Positions 8,403 to 15,136 of a DNA stretch of 32,000 bases are shown here, piece after piece. This stretch comes from Delftia acidovorans NBRC 14950 (lineage in GTDB: Bacteria > Pseudomonadota > Gammaproteobacteria > Burkholderiales > Burkholderiaceae_C), in assembly GCF_001598795.1 (NCBI RefSeq), contig NZ_BCZP01000015.1, forward strand, positions 119,288 through 151,287, given 5' to 3'. The number at the start of each line of letters is the position of its first letter. Within the stretch, counting starts at the first letter, position 1. The notes under the pieces are model-generated. The model was given only the letters and a program-made list of their open reading frames with translations. It did no database searches and was not told where the DNA came from. The position numbers and the translations under genes were made by a program.

Positions 8403-8520
8403 AAGCCCCCCTGAGTCGCTTCGCGCCTTCCCCCCTCTCGCTTTGCGGGGGGGGACGACACCCTCGCGGCGGGGCGGCCCTTGCTCGGTGTCCCTCGCCT
8501 TGGGGTGCGCCGGTTTTGAA
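8403..8520 (+). repeat. Intergenic structured repeat, copy A (same family as 11994-12120)
   Basis: It starts 2 nt after the stop codon with AAGCCCCCCTGAG. It contains a C6...G8 hairpin and a 60-nt block (8461-8520) that aligns without gaps to 12061-12120, at 45/60 identities by my count. A hairpin plus T-rich tail follows, to about 8575. Confidence 0.75.
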
Positions 8521-8599
8521 GGCCGCGCTCTGAGTGCTGGCCCTTGGGGCTGTGGCCCCATGCCTTGTTTTGCTGGGCTCAACGTTATGGACCATTGAT

Positions 8600-9562
8600 A
8601 TGGAAAACAAATCACATGCCATGGCGGCCGGCATTTTCGTGCTGGTCGTGGCGGCCCTGCTGGCGGGGTTGGCGATCTGGCTGACGCGCGATACGCGGCA
8701 GTACAACGAGTACGAACTGTCCACCAAGGACGGCATCAGCGGGCTGCAGGCCCAGGCTGCCGTGCGCTACAAGGGCGTGGCGGTGGGCAAGGTCACGCGG
8801 ATCGGGTTCGATCCGCAGACCAATGGCAATGTGCTGATCCGCATCGCCATCGGTGTGAACACGCCCATCACGCCCACCACGTTCGCCGTGCTGGGCTACC
8901 AGGGCGTCACGGGCCTGGCCCATGTGCAGCTCGATGATGCGGACCAGCCCCAGCCCCAGCTGCCGCCCGGCCCCAGCGGCCTGCCGCGCCTGCCGCTGCG
9001 CTCGTCGCCGCTGAGCATGCTGGCCGACCAGGGGCAGGTGCTGCTGGAGCGCGCCGATGAAATCTCGCGCCGCCTCAGCGACATGCTGGACACCGACAAC
9101 CAAAAGCGCGTGAGCCAGGCGCTGGAGAACATTGCGGCCGCCGCCGCAGGCGTGCAGCAGCTCACGCAGAACCTGGACCGCACGCTGTCCACCCAGGTGC
9201 CGCAGCTCGCCGCCGACGCCCACAACACCCTGCAGTCGCTGGAGAAGGCCAGCAACGGCGCCTCTGCCGTGGCCTCCGAACTGCAGCAGACCGTGCGCCG
9301 CGTGAACGCGCAGGACGGGCCGCTGGAGCAGATCGCCCAGAGCACGCGCGCACTGACCCGCATGGCCGACTCCCTGGGCCGCAGCACGGTGCCGCACGCC
9401 AACCGCGCGGCCGATGATGTCTCGCGCGCCGCGCGCCAGATGGGCACGGCGGCCAGCCGCTTCAGCGACAACCCGCAGGCCGTGATCTACGGGCCGGGCC
9501 AGGCCCGTCCGGGGCCGGGCGAGCCCGGCTTCGTCGCCCCGTCCGCAGCCACCCAGCCCTGA
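8600..9562 (+). CDS. MlaD/MCE family substrate-binding protein
   Basis: ORF 8534..9562 trimmed to ATG 8600. It has an N-terminal TM anchor (AAGIFVLVVAALLAGLAIWL). The MCE domain has GLQAQAAVRYKGVAVGKVTRIGFDP. A long helical C-terminal region follows. Confidence 0.85.
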   Translation: MENKSHAMAAGIFVLVVAALLAGLAIWLTRDTRQYNEYELSTKDGISGLQAQAAVRYKGVAVGKVTRIGFDPQTNGNVLIRIAIGVNTPITPTTFAVLGYQGVTGLAHVQLDDADQPQPQLPPGPSGLPRLPLRSSPLSMLADQGQVLLERADEISRRLSDMLDTDNQKRVSQALENIAAAAAGVQQLTQNLDRTLSTQVPQLAADAHNTLQSLEKASNGASAVASELQQTVRRVNAQDGPLEQIAQSTRALTRMADSLGRSTVPHANRAADDVSRAARQMGTAASRFSDNPQAVIYGPGQARPGPGEPGFVAPSAATQP

Positions 9563-9575
9563 CCGAGGAACCCCC

Positions 9576-10244
9576 ATGTCCCCATTTCGCAAGACCGCCG
9601 TGGCCAGCGCTGGACTGGCCGCCGCCCTGATCCTGCTGGCCGGCTGCTCGGCCCTGCCGCAGCCCCCCGCCCAGCCCGCGCGCTATGACTTCGGCCTGGC
9701 GCCGCTGTCCGCGCCCGCGCAGTCCGCCACATCCGCCCCCCCGCAGGCACGCACGCCGCTGGCGCTGGCCGATGTGGAGGCACCCGCCCTGTCTGACGGC
9801 AGCACAGCCATGTTCTACCGCCTGGCCTATGCCAACGGCCAGGAACTGCGCCCCTACCAGCTGGCGCGCTGGAGCCAGCCTCCTGCACTGCTGCTGCAAC
9901 AGCGCCTGCGCAGCCAACTGGGCCTGCAGCGCCCCGTGCTGGCCAGCAGCGAAAGCGTGGCCCAGCCGCGCCTGCAGGGCGCCGTGCCCACGCTGCTGCG
10001 CGTGGACATCGAAGAGTTCAGCCAGGTCTTTGACGCGCCCGGCTCCAGTGCCGGCGTCGTGCGCCTGCGCGCCACCCTGGTCGAGCAAAGCGGTGCCGTG
10101 GACCGCCTGCTGGGCCAAAAACTCTTCGAGGTGCGCAGTCCTGCAGCTTCGGGCGATGCCGCAGGCGGCGCGAAGGCGCTGGCGACGGCGGCCGATGCCG
10201 CCATTGCGCAGATCGATGCGTGGCTGGGGCAGCAGGGGCACTGA
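9576..10244 (+). CDS. ABC-type transport auxiliary lipoprotein (PqiC/YmbA-like, DUF330)
   Basis: The lipoprotein signal is MSPFRKTAVASAGLAAALILLAGC (lipobox LAGC). The gene sits directly after the MCE gene, as in MCE four-gene operons. Size and motifs (YDFG, FYRLAY, W..P) fit the family. Confidence 0.8.
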   Translation: MSPFRKTAVASAGLAAALILLAGCSALPQPPAQPARYDFGLAPLSAPAQSATSAPPQARTPLALADVEAPALSDGSTAMFYRLAYANGQELRPYQLARWSQPPALLLQQRLRSQLGLQRPVLASSESVAQPRLQGAVPTLLRVDIEEFSQVFDAPGSSAGVVRLRATLVEQSGAVDRLLGQKLFEVRSPAASGDAAGGAKALATAADAAIAQIDAWLGQQGH

Positions 10245-10295
10245 GCGGTAGCTTTGGCCGCCAGCCCGCCGTTTTTCCTTTCTTCCCCTCTCAAC

Positions 10296-10336
10296 AACAG
10301 CCGATTGGTGCACTGCACTGTTCGGCTGTTTCTTCG
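10296..10336 (+). terminator. Candidate terminator of the Mla-type operon
   Basis: AACAGCCGA (10296-10304) pairs with TCGGCTGTT (10322-10330). The stem is 9 bp and the loop 17 nt, followed by TCTTCG. The T-tail is only moderately T-rich. Confidence 0.5.
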
Positions 10337-10420
10337 TGGAGTGGACTCAGGTTCGAGCCGCTTTGGCGAGGCCACGTCAGGGCGATTGCAGCGCTTGTGA
10401 GCCTGACCGCGCTCCTTCAA

Positions 10421-10445
10421 GCAAAAAGCCCAGCAGAGCTGGGCT
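10421..10445 (-). terminator. Rho-independent terminator (minus strand) of the small ORF
   Basis: Minus strand reads AGCCCAGC-tct-GCTGGGCT-TTTTT. The 8-bp stem begins 28 nt after the stop of the 57-codon ORF. Confidence 0.7.
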
Positions 10446-10473
10446 TTGGCAGGGCGAAGGCCTTACGCCTGAA

Positions 10474-10647
10474 TCAGGAGGATTTGACCCTCAACTCCCT
10501 TGTGTAGGCCACCTTGCTGGAGCTGCTACGCGTGCGGAGCAGGCCGGTGTTCACCGCCTTGCGGGCAGCCATCAGTGCACGCGACATGCTGGCCTGTTTC
10601 AGGCTGAGCACTTCGGTGTTGATGTCAGTGCGTTCTTTGGTAAGCAT
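10474..10647 (-). CDS. Small hypothetical protein (57 aa), below the ORF-track length cutoff
   Basis: ATG 10647 is preceded by AGGAG with a 6-nt spacer. The translation is MLTKERTDINTEVLSLKQASMSRALMAARKAVNTGLLRTRSSSSKVAYTRELRVKSS. G/C-ending codons dominate the first 45 or so codons. A strong terminator lies downstream. I recognise no family. Confidence 0.45.
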   Translation of the reverse strand: MLTKERTDINTEVLSLKQASMSRALMAARKAVNTGLLRTRSSSSKVAYTRELRVKSS

Positions 10648-11044
10648 GGCAGGCTCCTGTTGAATGAATCTTAGCGACGATGCTTTGCGATGGGGCCTTA
10701 AGCATCTTTGCTCGGCGATGCTTCATCGAACGGCCCACTCTCCGGCTGTCATTGCACTTGCTCAACCGCCACGACGCAGGCGCGGACATACGGGGAAAAG
10801 GCCGGGTATTCGGGGCAGGGGCGGGCCGCGCCTGACCCAGCGCTTCCCGCGCGTCCGTCAGGGGCTGTAGTCCCGATCCCACCGTCTCGGCTGCCCCTGG
10901 GACGACCGTCAACACTAGGTCCAGACTACGGCGCGCAGCCCCCAGGTTTTTTACAGTGGAACCGTCGCTGATGCAGATCGCGGCTTTGAAAAAACAAGGC
11001 CTGATTGCACAGCGCTACTTCAACATCACTGAAAGGACCAAGCC

Positions 11045-11263
11045 ATGAATGAAGACCGAATCAAGGGCAACTGGAAGCAATTCACCGGCAAGATCCGTGA
11101 GCAATGGGGCAAGCTCACCGATGACGATCTGGATGTGATCGCCGGCAAGCGCGAGCAATTCCTGGGCAAGCTGCAGGAGCGCCAGGGCCTGGCCCGCGAC
11201 GCTGCCGAAAAGCAGCTGACCGACTGGCAAAAGCGCAACCCCGACTTCCGCTTCGAAGACTGA
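11045..11263 (+). CDS. CsbD family stress-response protein
   Basis: MNEDRIKGNWKQFTGKIREQWGKLTDDDLDVIAGKREQFLGKLQERQG is the canonical CsbD-like pattern. AAAGGA lies upstream of the ATG. Confidence 0.9.
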   Translation: MNEDRIKGNWKQFTGKIREQWGKLTDDDLDVIAGKREQFLGKLQERQGLARDAAEKQLTDWQKRNPDFRFED

Positions 11264-11407
11264 CGAGGGTGGACTGCGGATGGGCTGGACGCCCTGGCCG
11301 GCGCCGCCATCCGCTCCTCGACAGCCAGCGTGCCTGAGGGCACGCACCAATGGCCCGCCGCCGCAGGCACCAAGGGCCGGTTCAGTACAAATACAAGGAG
11401 TTCCATC

Positions 11408-11995
11408 ATGCAAACACCGCAACGCTTTCGCCACATGCTGTCCGCCGTCGCCCTGGGCCTGATGGCCTCCGGCGCCATGGCCATGACCAATGCGGAGCAC
11501 ACGGCCGCCAAGAACCAGATCGAGGCCGATTACAAGGCTGCCAAGGAACAGTGCAAGCCGCTCAAGGACAACGCCAAGGACGTCTGCGAGAAGCAGGCCA
11601 AGGGCCAGGAAAATGTGGCCAAGGCCGAACTGGAATCGCGCCGCAATCCTTCGCCCAAGAACAGCGAAAAGGCACTCAAGGCCAAGGCTGATGCGGACTA
11701 CGACATCGCCAAGGAAAAGTGCGATGACCTCAAGGGCGACGCCAAGGATGTCTGCGTGAAGGATGCCAAGGCCGCCCACGTGCACGCCGTGGAAGCCGCC
11801 AAGGTGAACAAGGCCCAGGCCGAGCCCGCTTCCAACTCCGCAGCCAAGGCTGCCAACGTGGCAGAAACCCGCAAGGACGCTGCCGAGGAAACCCGCGAAG
11901 CCGACTACAAGGCTGCCAAGGCCCGTTGCGACACCATGAGCGGCGCTGCCAAGGACACCTGCGTGGCTGATGCCAAGCGGAAGTTTGGACAGTAA
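11408..11995 (+). CDS. Secreted lysine/alanine-rich protein with three Cys-pair repeats
   Basis: ORF 11330..11995 trimmed to ATG 11408, with AAGGAG 8 nt upstream. The signal peptide is MQTPQRFRHMLSAVALGLMASGAMA. There are three copies of (A/E)DY-x-(A/I)AK-x2-C-x10-C-x2-(Q/D)AK. Confidence 0.8.
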   Translation: MQTPQRFRHMLSAVALGLMASGAMAMTNAEHTAAKNQIEADYKAAKEQCKPLKDNAKDVCEKQAKGQENVAKAELESRRNPSPKNSEKALKAKADADYDIAKEKCDDLKGDAKDVCVKDAKAAHVHAVEAAKVNKAQAEPASNSAAKAANVAETRKDAAEETREADYKAAKARCDTMSGAAKDTCVADAKRKFGQ

Positions 11996-12120
11996 GCTCC
12001 CCCTGAGCGGCTGACGCCGCTTCCCCCTCTCGACTCGCTACGCGAGGGAGGGGGACGACGCCCTCGCCGCGAGGCGGCTCTTGCTTGGCGTCCCTGATGT
12101 TGGGCCGCGCCAGTTTTATC
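11994..12120 (+). repeat. Intergenic structured repeat, copy B (same family as 8403-8520)
   Basis: It starts inside the TAA stop codon with AAGCTCCCCCTGAG. It contains the hairpin CCCCCTCTCG...CGAGGGAGGGGG and the 60-nt block homologous to copy A. Confidence 0.75.
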
Positions 12121-12130
12121 CGCCTTGACC

Positions 12131-12159
12131 AAGCCCCGCTCGCGGGGCTTTGCTGTTTT
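12131..12159 (+). terminator. Rho-independent terminator after the Cys-repeat protein gene
   Basis: AAGCCCCGC-tc-GCGGGGCTT gives a 9-bp stem, followed by TGCTGTTTT. Confidence 0.65.
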
Positions 12160-12241
12160 CGGGTTGGCTGATGTGGGTCAAACGGGTTGGGCGGTGCTGT
12201 TCCTAAGCTGCAGGCTTTCACGATGAAGGCAGGAGAAGCAT

Positions 12242-12742
12242 ATGGCCGTGCTGGAATGGAGCGGAGCGCTGGCATTGGAGTTGCCGGCCATGGACGAGGT
12301 GCATCAGGAGTTCGTCCTGCTGCTGGCCGAGGTGGAGGCGGCCGATGATGCGCAGCTGTGCGCGCGCTGGGATGAGCTGATCGCGCATACGCAGGTGCAT
12401 TTCGACCAGGAAGACCGCTGGATGCAGTCCACGCGCTTCACCAGCACCAACTGCCACAGCCTGCAGCACAAGGTGGTGCTGCAGGTGATGCGCGAGGGGG
12501 CGGCCAAGGCGGCGGCCGGTGATCTGGCCGTGATCCGCAGCATGGCGGGCGAGCTGGCGGCCTGGTTCGTGCACCATGCGCAGACCATGGATGCGGCGCT
12601 GGCCCTGCATCTGCGCAGTGCGGGCTTCGATCCCGCCACGGGCTCCCTGGCGCACCCTGAGGCCTTGCCCGAGCAGCCCATCACGGGCTGCGGCGGTGCC
12701 TGCGACGGCAGCGCCGACCGCGCGCGGGCCGTGCCGGCCTGA
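12242..12742 (+). CDS. Hemerythrin-like metal-binding domain protein (bacteriohemerythrin family)
   Basis: AGGAG lies upstream of the start. The pattern W-x-...-MDEVHQEF, HTQVHFDQED, HSLQHKVV and VHHAQTMD fits the His/Asp/Glu iron ligand spacing of bacteriohemerythrins. Confidence 0.8.
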   Translation: MAVLEWSGALALELPAMDEVHQEFVLLLAEVEAADDAQLCARWDELIAHTQVHFDQEDRWMQSTRFTSTNCHSLQHKVVLQVMREGAAKAAAGDLAVIRSMAGELAAWFVHHAQTMDAALALHLRSAGFDPATGSLAHPEALPEQPITGCGGACDGSADRARAVPA

Positions 12743-12795
12743 TCCGGCCTGAACCGATCTGAACCGGCAGTAAGGCCACCAGTCAGCCAGCCCGC

Positions 12796-13443
12796 TCAGG
12801 GCACGATCGCGGGCGATGCCAGGATGGGGAAGATCTTCACCAGCCCGCCCGCCATCACCTCCACGGCCAGGGCCGCGAGGATCAGGCCCATGAGCCGCGT
12901 CATCACGTTGATGCCGGTCTTGCCCAGCACGCGGGCGATCGGGTCCGCCAGCGAAAAACAGACCATCACCACCAGCGCCACCACCACGCCATAGCCCACC
13001 AGGGCCAGGTGCTGCCAGATGGTGCGTGCCTGGTCGGCGTAGATCACCACGGTGGACATGGAGGCCGGCCCCGTCAGCAGCGGAATCGTCAGCGGCACCA
13101 CGGCAATGCTGTTGCCCATGGCGGCCTTTTCCGCGCCAGCGACCAGCGTGGGCGCGTTGGGCCGTTCCTCGGCCGGGCGGGCGTTGAGCATGTTCATCGC
13201 GCTGATCAGCAGCAGCAGGCCACCGCCCACCTGAAAGCTCTGCAGCGAGATGTTGAAGAAGTCCAGCACCTGCAGCCCGATGATGGCGCAGGCCGCGATC
13301 ACGCAGAACGAGGCCAACGCCGCCGTGCGAATGGTCTGCTGGCGCTGCTGGGCGCTGAATCCCTCGGTGTAGTGGATGAAGAAGGGGACGATGGCCAGCG
13401 GGTTGATGATGGCCACCAGCGTGATCAGCGGTTTGAGGTCCAT
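12796..13443 (-). CDS. MarC family (NAAT) integral membrane protein
   Basis: Only the C-terminal 215 codons of ORF 12796..14595 look like protein. ATG 13443 gives MDLKPLITLVAIINPLAIVPFF, followed by NSIAVVPLTIPLLTGPASMSTVV. Both are typical MarC/UPF0056 motifs. Confidence 0.9.
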   Translation of the reverse strand: MDLKPLITLVAIINPLAIVPFFIHYTEGFSAQQRQQTIRTAALASFCVIAACAIIGLQVLDFFNISLQSFQVGGGLLLLISAMNMLNARPAEERPNAPTLVAGAEKAAMGNSIAVVPLTIPLLTGPASMSTVVIYADQARTIWQHLALVGYGVVVALVVMVCFSLADPIARVLGKTGINVMTRLMGLILAALAVEVMAGGLVKIFPILASPAIVP

Positions 13444-13632
13444 CGCATTCCCTGTAGGTTGCCGCCGCCCACCTGTGCCCGGCGCTTGCCGGTACGCACG
13501 ACTTTTCGTTCCATCGAATGTCTCCTGTGAAAGAATTGCCGCACGGGCCGGCCCGCCGCCATTACAGCATTGCGGGGCGCGTCCGCCCACCGGGAAATCA
13601 CAACAGGTTCTCAGACAGAAAGGAACGCGGAC

Positions 13633-14325
13633 ATGGGCAGTTTTGTGCAGTTGACTTCGTTGGATGGCACGGCTTCGCCGGCCTGGGTGGCGCGGCCCGA
13701 TGTGCCCGCGCGCGGCGCCGTCGTGGTGCTGCAGGAGATCTTCGGCGTCAACGCCCATATCCGCGCCGTGGCCGACCGCCTGGCTGCCCGCGGCTATGTG
13801 GCCGTGGCGCCGTCGCTGTTCACGCGTGTCGAGGCCGGTGTGGACCTGGGCTACGGCGACGCCGACCGTGCCAAGGGCATGGCGCTGAAATCCGCCGCCG
13901 AGGCGCTGCCCCAGCCCGGCGTGCTGCCCGAGATCGAGGCCGCCATCGCCCATGCCGCCACGCTGGTGCCCGGCGGCAAGGTGGGCATCGTGGGCTTTTG
14001 CTGGGGCGGCCTGTGGGCCTGGCGCGCTGCCTGCAACCTGCCCAGCCTGTCGGCTGCGGCCTGCTACTACGGCGGCGGCATGACCACGCCGCTGGAGATG
14101 GGCCGCGAGCCGCTGTGCCCCGTGATTGCCCACTTCGGCCGGCGCGATACGCACATTCCCGTGGACGCCGTGCAGGCCTTCGCCCAGGCGCAAAAGCATG
14201 TGCAGGTGCACCTGTACGACGCCGACCACGGCTTCAACTGCGACCAGCGCAGCGCCTACGACGAGGCCAGCGCCCTGCAGGCGCGCGACCGCACGCTGGC
14301 CTTCTTCGACCAGCACCTTGCCTGA
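13633..14325 (+). CDS. Dienelactone hydrolase family protein
   Basis: ORF 13570..14325 trimmed to ATG 13633. Motifs seen: VVVLQEIFGVN, the nucleophile motif GFCWGG, and a late DADHGF histidine. These match the Cys-His-Asp dienelactone hydrolase pattern. Confidence 0.9.
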   Translation: MGSFVQLTSLDGTASPAWVARPDVPARGAVVVLQEIFGVNAHIRAVADRLAARGYVAVAPSLFTRVEAGVDLGYGDADRAKGMALKSAAEALPQPGVLPEIEAAIAHAATLVPGGKVGIVGFCWGGLWAWRAACNLPSLSAAACYYGGGMTTPLEMGREPLCPVIAHFGRRDTHIPVDAVQAFAQAQKHVQVHLYDADHGFNCDQRSAYDEASALQARDRTLAFFDQHLA

Positions 14326-14332
14326 TCTGCCG

Positions 14333-14351
14333 TGCCGGGCGTGGCCCGGCA
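14333..14351 (+). terminator. GC hairpin after the hydrolase gene (weak terminator candidate)
   Basis: TGCCGGGC-gtg-GCCCGGCA is an 8-bp stem lying 8 nt after the stop, but no T-run follows. A second imperfect hairpin, GGAAAATCC...GGGATTTCC, lies at 14352-14378. Confidence 0.3.
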
Positions 14352-14388
14352 TGGAAAATCCAGGCATCGGGATTTCCGGGAGTGCTGC

Positions 14389-14417
14389 TTGAAACCCGGT
14401 GCCTGATGCAATAGGCT
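14389..14417 (+). promoter_or_regulatory. Candidate sigma-70 promoter of the mntA-hepT pair
   Basis: TTGAAA (14389-14394), then a 17-nt spacer, then TAGGCT (14412-14417), about 25 nt upstream of the first ATG. Confidence 0.35.
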
Positions 14418-14441
14418 TTCCAGAAGTCTCAACAGGAAAGG

Positions 14442-14738
14442 ATGTCCATGCGACCGTCCGTGGTGCTCGACATGAATCGCAGCGCAGTGCGTGAAATGGC
14501 CAGCCGTTTCCGCACTGCGAACCCGCGCGTCTTCGGCTCCGTGCTGCATGGCACCGACCGGGACGGCAGCGACCTCGACCTGCTGGTCGATGCATTGCCG
14601 GGCGCGACGTTGTTCGACCTGGGCGGCCTGCAGGTCGAGCTGGAATCGCTGCTCGGCCTTCGCGTTGATCTGCTGACGCCCGGCGACCTGCCTTTGAAGT
14701 TCCGGGCCCAGGTGCTTGCGGAGGCGCAGCCGATATGA
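14442..14738 (+). CDS. mntA: Nucleotidyltransferase-domain antitoxin (MntA, type VII TA system)
   Basis: The minimal nucleotidyltransferase motif is GSVLHGTDRDGSDLDLLV (G-S-x9-11-D-x-D). The protein is about 98 aa; the start may be ATG 14442 or ATG 14448. Its stop overlaps the next start as ATGA. Confidence 0.9.
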   Translation: MSMRPSVVLDMNRSAVREMASRFRTANPRVFGSVLHGTDRDGSDLDLLVDALPGATLFDLGGLQVELESLLGLRVDLLTPGDLPLKFRAQVLAEAQPI

Positions 14739-15103
14739 ACGGGCATCGCCTTCCCGATTACCTCGATCACATACAGCAGGCCGCAACGGATGCCTGTAGC
14801 TTCGTGGAGGGCTTGGCCAAGGAGGATTTCCTGGAGGACAAGCGCACCCAGCAGGCCGTCATCATGAGCCTCATCATCATCGGCGAGGCTGTCACGAAGG
14901 TCATGGATGGCTATGCCGAGTTCGCCCAGACACACGGGCAAGTGCCATGGCGCAACATGCGCGGTATGCGCAACCGCATCGCCCATGGCTATTTCGACAT
15001 CAACCTCGATCTGGTGTGGGACACCGTACAGACGGCCTTGCCTGAATTGCTCAGGCAATGGCCATCCATTCGCCGGGATGCGGACGGCGCCAGGCCGGGT
15101 TGA
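14735..15103 (+). CDS. hepT: HEPN-domain (DUF86) toxin HepT
   Basis: The R-x4-H-x-Y motif is present as RNRIAHGY. The size is typical of DUF86. The gene has a 4-nt overlap with the upstream nucleotidyltransferase gene. Confidence 0.9.
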   Translation: MNGHRLPDYLDHIQQAATDACSFVEGLAKEDFLEDKRTQQAVIMSLIIIGEAVTKVMDGYAEFAQTHGQVPWRNMRGMRNRIAHGYFDINLDLVWDTVQTALPELLRQWPSIRRDADGARPG

Positions 15104-15136
15104 CCGGTGCTGCGCGAGTGTCCGCAACTGGCCTGA

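Noticed and set aside
8346-8615. Short ORFs translated across the intergenic repeats (8346..8615 minus; 11905..12132 minus)
   Set aside because: They lie entirely within the repeat elements. They have no RBS and encode Pro/Arg/Gly-rich low-complexity strings, so they are likely artefacts of repeat sequence.
10345-10362. GGTTCGAG resembling a tRNA T-loop
   Set aside because: The flanking bases cannot form a T-stem, and no acceptor or anticodon arm can be drawn around it. It is not a tRNA or a clear tRNA fragment.
13444-14595. N-terminal 384 codons of the 599-aa minus-strand ORF 12796..14595
   Set aside because: It is antisense to the dienelactone hydrolase and nucleotidyltransferase genes. 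The MarC homology begins only at ATG 13443.
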